A stretch of 64,000 bases of DNA from Bugula neritina (Eukaryota; Animalia; Bryozoa): assembly GCA_964035545.1 (NCBI GenBank), contig OZ037765.1, positions 14,952,698 through 15,016,697 of the forward strand. The letters run 5' to 3'. The notes under the pieces were generated by a model, which had not been told where the DNA came from, searched no databases, and was given only the letters and a program-made list of their open reading frames with translations. The position numbers and the translations under genes were made by a program. The first letter of the stretch is position 1. Each line of letters begins with the position of its first letter. Shown piece after piece: positions 13,886 through 27,947 of the stretch.

Positions 13886-16800
13886 GTCAACTTATGCAAA
13901 TCCTACGCATGTATAATAAATATGGCTATAATTGTAAAGTTTTTTTTAACTTTTGTTCAACAGTAAGACAACATACATGCATAATAATTAAATACTGAAC
14001 ACTGGACTAAACCTTAAATTGATCTTATAGAATACAATGTACTTAAAATAATCATATGTGAATTAGAGAAACTGAAAGTACACCTGCTGCTCTATAGACA
14101 GACCTTTACTGACAAGACTGCAAAGTGAAGTGATTTAGCTGAAATTAACTCTGCCAAACAAACAAAGAATTATGTTGTGCTGAGGCATTTTCAATATATT
14201 ATTGTAACATAGTGAGATGATTCAGCTAAGTGCTAATGTAAAACAGGGAACATTATATTGGCAGAAATCCAATAGACTGCCAATTTGTGCGAGAGGGTAC
14301 TATATGTTATTGTGATAGCGCAGAGCGGCAAACGTACTAGGAATGTTATAATTAGTCACAGGAGCGTAGCTAGAACCACCATATGAAGAATTTAGAAAAT
14401 TGCAGTGAAACTTGCAAAATGGTGTATGTTTTTACCAAATTGTGAAGAGCATAAACAGAATTTCAAAAAACAAAGAAAGTATATTAGAGAAAACATATCA
14501 AGGAATGTCAAGTTTAACTTTTATACTTTATAAAATGAATCCCCTGTGCTACAGCAGTGGAACATGGAGGGTGTAAAATTTTACTTATTATGCAACAACT
14601 TTCTCAAAAAAAATTTTATTGAAAAATTAAAAAAGTATATGAAAGAGGAATGCAAGAGCTATCTTTTCATGTAAAATTTGTTAATGTGAGACAAAAACTG
14701 TTCGAGCTATCCCCTGGAAACCGTTTATATATAACATAAAGCAGTGCCTGAATCTGGAAAGTAATGACCTTAAACCAACTGTGACTGCAACATACTACAA
14801 CATACTGAAATACACTGGAACATACTGAAATACACTGCAAAACATTGAAATATACTGCAACATACCAAAATATATAGTAATCTACTGAAATATACTGTAA
14901 CACATCGAAAAATACTGCAACATACTGAAATATACAGTAACACACTGAAATATACTGCAACATACTGAAATACATTGTAACATACTGAAATATACTGCAA
15001 CATACTGCAACATACTGAAATACACTGTAACATGCTGAAATACACTGCAACATACTGCAACATACTGAAATACATTGGAACATATTGAAACACACTACAA
15101 CACATTGAAATATACTGCAACACACTGAAACATACAGCAACATACTGAAATATACTGCGACACATTGAAATATACTGCAACATAGTTAACTATAATGCAA
15201 GATACTGCAACATTCTGAAATACACTGTGACATATTAAAATACACTGCAACATACTGCAACATACTGCAACATACTACAACATACTGAAATACACTGTAA
15301 CATATTGAAGTGCGCTGCAACACATTGAAATGTACTGCAACACACTGAAACATACGGCAACATGCTGAACTATACTGCAACATACTGAAATACACTGTAA
15401 TATACTGAATTAAACTGCAACACATTGTAATATACTGCAACATACTGAATCATACGGCAACATACTGAAATATACTGCAACACATTGAAATATACTGCAA
15501 CATATTGAAATATGCTGTAGCACCCTGAAATTCACTGCAACCTACTGAAATATAGTGTAATATACGGAATTGTACTGTAACCTACTGAAATATACTGTAA
15601 CACACTGAAATATGCAGTCACATACTGAAATATACTGTAAATTACTAGAATTATACTGCAACATACTGCAACATACTGAAATACACTGTAACCTACTGAT
15701 ATACACTGCAATATAGTACAACATACTGAAATACACTGTAACATATTGAAATACGCTGCAACACATTGAAACATACTGCAACAAACTGAAACATACGACA
15801 ACATACTGACATATACTGCAACACATTGAAATATACTGCAACATAGTCAAATATAATGCAAGATACTGTAACATTCTGAAACACACTGTGAGATACTGAA
15901 ATACACTGCAACATACTGCAACATACTGCAACATACTGCAACATACTGCAACATACTGAAATACACTGTAACATATTGAAGTACACTGCAACACATTGAA
16001 ATATACTGCAACACACTGAAACATACTGCAACATACTGAAATATACTGCAACATATCGAAGTATATCGTAATATACGGACATGCACTGTAACATACTGAA
16101 ACATACTGAAACATACCGAAATATACTTCAACATACTAAAATATACTGCAACATACTGCAACATACCGAAATACACCCTAACATACTGAAATACACTGCA
16201 ACACATCGGAATAAATTGCAACATACCTAAATATACGGAAATATACTGAAACATACTGCTCACATTGAAAAACACTGCAACATACTGAAATTTGCTGTAG
16301 CACAATGAAATTCACTGCAACCCACTGAAATATAGTGTAATATACGGAAATGTACTTTAACATACTGAAATATACTGCAACACATTGACATATACTGCAA
16401 CACACTGAAACATACGGCAACATATTGAAATATACTGCAACACATTGAAACATACTGCAACACACTGAAACATACGGCAACATACTGAAATATACTGCAA
16501 CATACTGCAACGTACTGAAATACACTGTAACGTACTGAAATACACAGCAACATACTGCAACATACTGCAACATACTGAAATAAGCTGTAACATATTGAAT
16601 TACACTGCAACACATTGAAATATACTGCAACACACTGAAACATACGGCAACATACTGAAATATACTGCAACACATTGAAACATACGGCAACATAGTGAAA
16701 TATGCTGTAGCACCCTGAAATTCACTGCAACTTACTGAAATATAGTGTAATATACGGAATTGTACTGTAACCTACTGAAATATACTGTAACACACTGAAA

Positions 16801-19800
16801 TATGCAGTCACATACTGAAATATACTGTAAATTACTAGAATTATACTGCAACATACTGCAACATACTGAAATACACTGTAACCTACTGATATACACTGCA
16901 ATATAGTACAACATACTGAAATGCACTGTAACATATTGAAATACGCTGCAACACATTGAAATATACTGCAACCTACCGAAATATATGGTAAACTGCTGAA
17001 ATATACCGTAACACATCAAAAAATACTGCAACATACTGAAATATACTGTAACACACTGAAATATACTGCAACTTACTGAAATACATTGTAACATACTGAA
17101 ATATACTGCAACATACTGCAACATACTGAAATACACTGTAACATACTGATATACACTGCTATATACTACAACATACTGAAATACACTGTAACATATTGAA
17201 ATACGCTGCAAAACATTGAAATATACTGCAACATACCGAACTATATAGTAAACTACTGAAATATACTGTAACACATCGAAAAATACTGCAACATACTGAA
17301 ATACATTGTAACATACTGCAACATTCTGAAATACACTGTGACATATTGAAATACACTGCAACATACTGCAACATACTGCAACATACTACAACATACTGAA
17401 ATACACTGTAACATATTGAAGTGCACTGCAACACATTGAAATATACTGCAACACACTGAAACATACAGCAACATACTGAAGTATACTGCAACACATTGAG
17501 AAATACTGCAACATACCGAGATATATGGTAAACTACTGAAATATACTGTAACACATTGAAAAAAACTGCAACATACTGAAATATACTGTAACACACTGAA
17601 ATATACTGCAAAATACTGAAACACGCTGTAACATACTGAAATACACTGCAACATACTACAACATATTGAAATACACTGCAACACATTGAAATATACTGCA
17701 ACACAATGAAACATACGGCAACATACTGAAACATAGTGCGACACATTGAAATATACTGCAACATACTGAAACATGCTGTAGCATACTGAAATACACTGCA
17801 ACACATTGAAGTATACTGTAATATACAGAAATGTACTGTAACATACAGAAACATACGTCAACATACTGAAATGTACTGCAACATGCTGAACTATACTGCA
17901 ACATACTGAAATACACTGTAATATACTGAATTAAACTGCAACATACTGCAACATACTGAAATAAGCTGTAGCATACTGAAATACACTGTAACATACTGAA
18001 ATACACTGCAACACATCGGAATAAATTGCAACATACCTAAATATACGGAAATATACTGAAACATACTGCTCACATTGAAAAACACTGCAACATACTGAAA
18101 TTTGCTGTAGCACAATGAAATTCACTGCAACCCACTGAAATATAGTGTAATATACGGAAATGTACTTTAACATACTGAAATATACTGCAACACATTGACA
18201 TATACTGCAACACACTGAAACATACGGCAACATATTGAAATATACTGCAACACATTGAAACATACTGCAACACACTGAAACATACGGCAACATACTGAAA
18301 TATACTGCAACATACTGCAACGTACTGAAATACACTGTAACGTACTGAAATACACAGCAACATACTGCAACATACTGCAACATACTGAAATAAGCTGTAA
18401 CATATTGAATTACACTGCAACACATTGAAATATACTGCAACACACTGAAACATACGGCAACATACTGAAATATACTGCAACACACTGAAACATACGGCAA
18501 CATAGTGAAATATACTGCAAAACATTGAAATATACTGCTACATACTGAAACATGCTGTAGCATACTGAAATACACTGCAACACACTGAAGTATACTGTAA
18601 TATACAGAAATGTACTGTAACATACTGAAACATACGTCAACATACTGAAATGTACTCCAACATGCTGAACTATACTGCAACATACTGAAATACACTCTAA
18701 TATACTGAATTAAACTGCAACACATTGTAATATACTGCAACATACTGAATCATACGGCAACATACTGAAATATACTGCAACACATTGAAATATACTGCAA
18801 CATATTGAAATATGCTGTAGCACCCTGAAATTCACTGCAACTTACTGAAATATAGTGTAATATACGGAATTGTACTGTAACCTACTGAAATATACTGTAA
18901 CACACTGAAATATGCAGTCACATACTGAAATATACTGTAAATTACTAGAATTATACTGCAACATACTGCAACATACTGAAATACACTGTAACCTACTGAT
19001 ATACACTGCAATATAGTACAACATACTGAAATACACTGTAACATATTGAAATACGCTGCAACACATTGAAATATACTGCAACCTACCGAAATATATGGTA
19101 AACTGCTGAAATATACCGTAACACATCAAAAAATACTGCAACATACTGAAATATACTGTAACACACTGAAATATACTGCAACTTACTGAAATACATTGTA
19201 ACATACTGAAATATACTGCAACATACTGCAACATACTGAAATACACTGTAACATACTGATATACACTGCTATATACTACAACATACTGAAATACACTGTA
19301 ACATATTGAAATACGCTGCAAAACATTGAAATATACTGCAACATACCGAACTATATAGTAAACTACTGAAATATACTGTAACACATCGAAAAATACTGCA
19401 ACATACTGAAATACATTGTAACATACTGCAACATTCTGAAATACACTGTGACATATTGAAATACACTGCAACATACTGCAACATACTGCAACATACTACA
19501 ACATACTGAAATACACTGTAACATATTGAAGTGCACTGCAACACATTGAAATATACTGCAACACACTGAAACATACAGCAACATACTGAAGTATACTGCA
19601 ACACATTGAGAAATACTGCAACATACCGAAATATATGGTAAACTACTGAAATATACTGTAACACATTGAAAAAAACTGCAACATACTGAAATATACTGTA
19701 ACACACTGAAATATACTGCAAAATACTGAAATACACTGTAACATACTGAAATACACTGTAACACACTGAAATATACTGCAACACACTGCAATATACTGAA

Positions 19801-22800
19801 ACACGCTGTAACATACTGAAATACACTGCAACATACTACAACATATTGAAATACACTGCAACACATTGAAATATACTGCAACACAATGAAACATACGGCA
19901 ACATACTGAAACATAGTGCGACACATTGAAATATACTGCAACATACTGAAACATGCTGTAGCATACTGAAATACACTGCAACACATTGAAGTATACTGTA
20001 ATATACAGAAATGTACTGTAACATACAGAAACATACGTCAACATACTGAAATGTACTGCAACATGCTGAACTATACTGCAACATACTGAAATACACTGTA
20101 ATATACTGAATTAAACTGCAACATACTGCAACATACTGAAATAAGCTGTAGCATACTGAAATACATTGCAGCACACTGAAGCGTCCTGCAATATGCGGAA
20201 ACGTACTGCAACATACTGAAATATACCGCAACAAACCGAAATTTATGGTATACTGAAATATGTTGCAAACTAGTAAAATGTACTGCAACATACCGAAAAT
20301 AACTGCAACTGTGCAATATAATGAAATATACTGCAAAAATACTGAAATATACTGCAACAATTTGAAAGTTACTGTTTGATACTGACATATACTGAAACAC
20401 ATTGAAACATACTGCAAGATACTGCAACATACTGAAATACACTATAACATACTGAAATACACTGCAACATACTGCAACATACTGCAACATACTGCAACAT
20501 ACTGAAATACACTGTAACATATTGAAGTACACTGCAATACATTGAAATTTACTGCACCACACTGAAACATACAGCAACATACTGAAATACACTGTGACAT
20601 ACTGAAATACACTGCAACATACTGCAACATACTGCAACATACTGCAACATACTGAAATACACTGTAACATATTGAAATACACTGCAACGCATTGAAATAT
20701 ACTGCAACACAATGAAACATACGGCAACATACTGAAACATAGTGCGACACATTGAAATATACTGCAACATACTGAAACATGCTGTAGCATACTGAAATAC
20801 ACTGCAACACATTGAAGTATACTGTAATATACAGAAATATACTGTAACATACTGAAACATACGTCAACATACTGAAATGTACTGCAACATGCTGAACTAT
20901 ACTGCAACATACTGAAATATACTGCAACGTATCGAAGTATATTGTAATATACGGACATCTACTGTAACATACTGAAACATACTTAAACATACTGAAATAT
21001 ACTTCAACATACTGAAATATACTGCAACATACTGCAACATACTGAAATACACTGGAACATACTGAAATACACTGCAACATACTACAACATACTGAAATAC
21101 ACTGGAACATACTGAAATACACTGCAAAACATTGAAATATATTGCAACATACCGAAATATATAGTAATCTACTGAAATATACTGTAACACATCGAAAAAT
21201 ACTGCAACATACTGAAATATACAGTAACACACTGAAATATACTGCAACATACTGAAATACATTGTAACATACTGAAATATACTGCAACATACTGCAACAT
21301 ACTGAAATACACTGTAACATGCTGAAATACACTGCAACATACTGCAACATACTGAAATACATTGGAACATATTGAAACACACTACAACACATTGGAATAT
21401 ACTGCAACACACTGAAACATACAGCAACATACTGAAATATACTGCGACACATTGAAATATACTGCAACATAGTTAACTATAATGCAAGATACTGCAACAT
21501 TCTGAAATACACTGTGACATATTAAAATACACTGCAACATACTGCAACATACTGCAACATACTACAACATACTGAAATACACTGTAACATATTGAAGTGC
21601 GCTGCAACACATTGAAATGTACTGCAACACACTGAAACATACGGCAACATGCTGAACTATACTGCAACATACTGAAATACACTGTAATATACTGAATTAA
21701 ACTGCAACACATTGTAATATACTGCAACATACTGAATCATACGGCAACATACTGAAATATACTGCAACACATTGAAATATACTGCAACATATTGAAATAT
21801 GCTGTAGCACCCTGAAATTCACTGCAACTTACTGAAATATAGTGTAATATACGGAATTGTACTGTAACCTACTGAAATATACTGTAACACACTGAAATAT
21901 GCAGTCACATACTGAAATATACTGTAAATTACTAGAATTATACTGCAACATACTGCAACATACTGAAATACACTGTAACCTACTGATATACACTGCAATA
22001 TAGTACAACATACTGAAATACACTGTAACATATTGAAATACGCTGCAACACATTGAAACATACTGCAACAAACTGAAACATACGACAACATACTGACATA
22101 TACTGCAACACATTGAAATATACTGCAACATAGTCAAATATAATGCAAGATACTGTAACATTCTGAAACACACTGTGGGATACTGAAATACACTGCAACA
22201 TACTGCAACATACTGCAACATACTGCAACATACTGAAATACACTGTAACATATTGAAGTACACTGCAACACATTGAAATATACTGCAACACACTGAAACA
22301 TACTGCAACATACTGAAATATACTGCAACATATCGAAGTATATCGTAATATACGGACATGCACTGTAACATACTGAAACATACTGAAACATACCGAAATA
22401 TACTTCAACATACTAAAATATACTGCAACATACTGCAACATACCGAAATACACTGTAACATACTGAAATACACTGCAACACATCGGAATAAATTGCAACA
22501 TACCTAAATATACGGAAATATACTGAAACATACTGCTCACATTGAAAAACACTGCAACATACTGAAATTTGCTGTAGCACAATGAAATTCACTGCAACCC
22601 ACTGAAATATAGTGTAATATACGGAAATGTACTTTAACATACTGAAATATACTGCAACACATTGACATATACTGCAACACACTGAAACATACGGCAACAT
22701 ATTGAAATATACTGCAACACATTGAAACATACTGCAACACACTGAAACATACGGCAACATACTGAAATATACTGCAACATACTGCAACGTACTGAAATAC

Positions 22801-25800
22801 ACTGTAACGTACTGAAATACACAGCAACATACTGCAACATACTGCAACATACTGAAATAAGCTGTAACATATTGAATTACACTGCAACACATTGAAATAT
22901 ACTGCAACACACTGAAACATACGGCAACATACTGAAATATACTGCAACACACTGAAACATACGGCAACATAGTGAAATATACTGCAAAACATTGAAATAT
23001 ACTGCTACATACTGAAACATACTGTAGCATACTGAAATACACTGCAACACACTGAAGTATACTGTAATATACAGAAATGTACTGTAACATACTGAAACAT
23101 ACGTCAACATACTGAAATGTACTCCAACATGCTGAACTATACTGCAACATACTGAAATACACTCTAATATACTGAATTAAACTGCAACACATTGTAATAT
23201 ACTGCAACATACTGAATCATACGGCAACATACTGAAATATACTGCAACACATTGAAATATACTGCAACATATTGAAATATGCTGTAGCACCCTGAAATTC
23301 ACTGCAACTTACTGAAATATAGTGTAATATACGGAATTGTACTGTAACCTACTGAAATATACTGTAACACACTGAAATATGCAGTCACATACTGAAATAT
23401 ACTGTAAATTACTAGAATTATACTGCAACATACTGCAACATACTGAAATACACTGTAACCTACTGATATACACTGCAATATAGTACAACATACTGAAATA
23501 CACTGTAACATATTGAAATACGCTGCAACACATTGAAATATACTGCAACCTACCGAAATATATGGTAAACTGCTGAAATATACCGTAACACATCAAAAAA
23601 TACTGCAACATACTGAAATATACTGTAACACACTGAAATATACTGCAACTTACTGAAATACATTGTAACATACTGAAATATACTGCAACATACTGCAACA
23701 TACTGAAATACACTGTAACATACTGATATACACTGCTATATACTACAACATACTGAAATACACTGTAACATATTGAAATACGCTGCAAAACATTGAAATA
23801 TACTGCAACATACCGAACTATATAGTAAACTACTGAAATATACTGTAACACATCGAAAAATACTGCAACATACTGAAATACATTGTAACATACTGCAACA
23901 TTCTGAAATACACTGTGACATATTGAAATACACTGCAACATACTGCAACATACTGCAACATACTACAACATACTGAAATACACTGTAACATATTGAAGTG
24001 CACTGCAACACATTGAAATATACTGCAACACACTGAAACATACAGCAACATACTGAAGTATACTGCAACACATTGAGAAATACTGCAACATACCGAAATA
24101 TATGGTAAACTACTGAAATATACTGTAACACATTGAAAAAAACTGCAACATACTGAAATATACTGTAACACACTGAAATATACTGCAAAATACTGAAATA
24201 CACTGTAACATACTGAAATACACTGTAACACACTGAAATATACTGCAACACACTGCAATATACTGAAACACGCTGTAACATACTGAAATACACTGCAACA
24301 TACTACAACATATTGAAATACACTGCAACACATTGAAATATACTGCAACACAATGAAACATACGGCAACATACTGAAACATAGTGCGACACATTGAAATA
24401 TACTGCAACATACTGAAACATGCTGTAGCATACTGAAATACACTGCAACACATTGAAGTATACTGTAATATACAGAAATGTACTGTAACATACAGAAACA
24501 TACGTCAACATACTGAAATGTACTGCAACATGCTGAACTATACTGCAACATACTGAAATACACTGTAATATACTGAATTAAACTGCAACATACTGCAACA
24601 TACTGAAATAAGCTGTAGCATACTGAAATACATTGCAGCACACTGAAGCGTCCTGCAATATGCAGAAACGTACTGCAACATACTGAAGTATACCGCAACA
24701 AACCGAAATTTATGGTATACTGAAATATGTTGCAAACTAGTAAAATGTACTGCAACATACCGAAAATAACTGCAACTGTGCAATATAATGAAATATACTG
24801 CAAAAATACTGAAATATACTGCAACAATTTGAAAGTTACTGTTTGATACTGACATATACTGAAACACATTGAAACATACTGCAAGATACTGCAACATACT
24901 GAAATACACTATAACATACTGAAATACACTGCAACATACTGACACATACTGCAACATACTGCAACATACTGAAATACACTGTAACATATTGAAGTACACT
25001 GCAATACATTGAAATTTACTGCACCACACTGAAACATACAGCAACATACTGAAATACACTGTGACATACTGAAATACACTGCAACATACTGCAACATACT
25101 GCAACATACTGCAACATACTGAAATACACTGTAACATATTGAAATACACTGCAACGCATTGAAATATACTGCAACACAATGAAACATACGGCAACATACT
25201 GAAACATAGTGCGACACATTGAAATATACTGCAACATACTGAAACATGCTGTAGCATGCTGAAATACACTGCAACACATTGAAGTATACTGTAATATACA
25301 GAAATGTACTGTAACATACTGAAACATACGTCAACATACTGAAATGTACTGCAACATGCTGAACTATACTGCAACATACTGAAATATACTGCAACGTATC
25401 GAAGTATATTGTAATATACGGACATCTACTGTAACATACTGAAACATACTTAAACATACTGAAATATACTTCAACATACTGAAATATACTGCAACATACT
25501 GCAACATACTGAAATACACTGGAACATACTGAAATACACTGCAACATACTACAACATACTGAAATACACTGGAACATACTGAAATACACTGCAAAACATT
25601 GAAATATACTGCAACATACCGAAATATATAGTAATCTACTGAAATATACTGTAACACATCGAAAAATACTGCAACATACTGAAATATACAGTAACACACT
25701 GAAATATACTGCAACATACTGAAATACATTGTAACATACTGAAATATACTGCAACATACTGCAACATACTGAAATACACTGTAACATGCTGAAATACACT

Positions 25801-27947
25801 GCAACATACTGCAACATACTGAAATACATTGGAACATATTGAAACACACTACAACACATTGAAATATACTGCAACACACTGAAACATACAGCAACATACT
25901 GAAATATACTGCGACACATTGAAATATACTGCAACATAGTTAACTATAATGCAAGATACTGCAACATTCTGAAATACACTGTGACATATTAAAATACACT
26001 GCAACATACTGCAACATACTGCAACATACTACAACATACTGAAATACACTGTAACATATTGAAGTGCGCTGCAACACATTGAAATGTACTGCAACATACT
26101 GAAACATACGGCAACATACTGAAGTATACTGCAACACATTGAAAAATACTGCAACATACCGAAATATATGGTAAACTACTGAAATATACTGTAACACATT
26201 GAAAAAAACTGCAACATACTGAAATATACTGTAACACACTGAAATATACTGCGAAATACTGAAATACACTGTAACATACTGAAATACACTGTAACACACT
26301 GAAATATACTGCAACACACTGCAATATACTGAAACACGCTGTAACATACTGAAATACACTGCAACATACTACAACATATTGAAATACACTGCAACACATT
26401 GAAATATACTGCAACACAATGAAACATACGGCAACATACTGAAACATAGTGCGACACATTGAAATATACTGCAACATACTGAAACATGCTGTAGCATACT
26501 GAAATACACTGCAACACATTGAAGTATACTGTAATATACAGAAATGTACTGTAACATACAGAAACATACGTCAACATACTGAAATGTACTGCAACATGCT
26601 AAACTATACTGCAACATACTGAAATACACTGTAATATACTGAATTAAACTGCAACATACTGCAACATACGGAAATAAGCTGTAGCATACTGAAGTACATT
26701 GCAGCACACTGAAGCGTCCTGCAATATGCAGAAACGTACTGCAACATACTGAAATATACCGCAACAAACCGGAATTTATGGTATACTGAAATATGTTGCA
26801 AACTAATAAAATGTACTGCAACATACCGAAAATAACTGCAACTGTGCAATATAATGAAACATACTGCAAAAATACTGAAATATACTGCAACAATTTGAAA
26901 GTTACTGTATGATACTGACATATACTGAAACACATTGAAACATACTGCAAGATACTGCAACATACTGAAATACACTATAACATACTGAAATACACTGCAA
27001 CATACTGCAACATACTGCAACATACTGAAATACACTGTGACATACTGAAATACACTGCAACATACTGCAACATACTGCAACATACTGCAACATACTGAAA
27101 TACACTGAAATACACTGTAACATATTGAAATACACTGCAACGCATTGAAATATACTGCAACACAATGAAACATACGGCAACATACTGAAACATAGTGCGA
27201 CACATTGAAATATACTGCAACATACTGAAACATGCTGTAGCATACTGAAATACACTGCAACACATTGAAGTATACTGTAATATACAGAAATGTACTGTAA
27301 CATACTGAAACATACGTCAACATACTGAAATGTACTGCAACATGCTGAACTGTACTGCAACATACTGAAATATACTGCAACGTATTGAAGTATATTGTAA
27401 TATACGGACATCTACTGTAACATACTGAAACATACTTAAACATACTGAAATATACTTCAACATACTGAAATATACTGCAACATACTGCAACATACTGAAA
27501 TACACTGTAACATACTGAAACACACTGCAACACATCGGAATAAACTGCAACATACCTGAATATACGGTAATATACTGAAATATACTGTTCACATTGAAAA
27601 ACACTGCAACATACTGAAATTTGCTGTAGCACAGTGAAATTCACTGCAACCCACTGAAATATAGTGTAATATACGGAAATGTATTTTAACATACTGAAAT
27701 ATACTGTAACACACTGGAATATACTGTCACATACTGAAATACACTGTAAAATACTGAAATATATTGCAACATAGTGCAACATACTGAAATACACTGTAAC
27801 CTACTGATATACACTGCAATATACTACAACATACTGAAATACACTGTAGCATATTGAAATACGCTGCAACACATTGAAATATACTGCAACATACCGAAAT
27901 ATATGGTAAACTACTGAAATATACTGTATCACATTGAAAAATACTGC

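Larger units (their letters stand above)
9647..14783 (+). mobile_element. Non-autonomous cut-and-paste DNA transposon, outer copy (9647-9970 + 12533-14783, ~2,575 bp), CMC (EnSpm/CACTA-Mirage-Chapaev)-like; strand arbitrary
   Basis: TIR CACAGTTGGTTTAAGGTCAT (9647-9666) matches ATGACCTTAAACCAACTGTG (14764-14783). The 2-bp TSD is AC (9645-9646 and 14784-14785), verified against empty paralogous satellite sites at 5724, 21071 and 25538. There is no long ORF. The superfamily call is inferred from the CAC..GTG termini plus 2-bp TSD. Confidence 0.93.
9971..14783. repeat. Long inverted repeat: arms 9971-12208 (2,238 bp) and 12531-14783 (2,253 bp), 322-bp spacer
   Basis: The arms align as reverse complements end to end. 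The 15-bp length difference is accounted for by four indels in the right arm (+12 near 13398-13414, +4 AAAC near 14160, -2 in a T run near 13940, +1 near 13332). Confidence 0.96.
2230..26100. repeat. Higher-order-repeat domain built on a ~4,467-bp unit (complete and internally deleted copies; boundaries approximate)
   Basis: Rare variant landmarks recur at a fixed offset of 4467: CTAGAATT at 3598/8065 and 18945/23412, GCGTCCTGCAATATGC at 20181/24648, and identical ORF-track artefacts at 3485/7952 and 18832/23299. Offset 15347 links 4834 to 20181. The second copy has a 546-bp deletion near 9070 (offset changes from 4467 to 3921). Confidence 0.9.

Noticed and set aside
9971-14783. Single foldback element with 2.2-kb TIRs, or an assembly fold-back artefact
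   Set aside because: This interval has no matching TSD (TA left, AC right), whereas the nested model gives two clean TSDs. The arms differ by dozens of substitutions and four indels.
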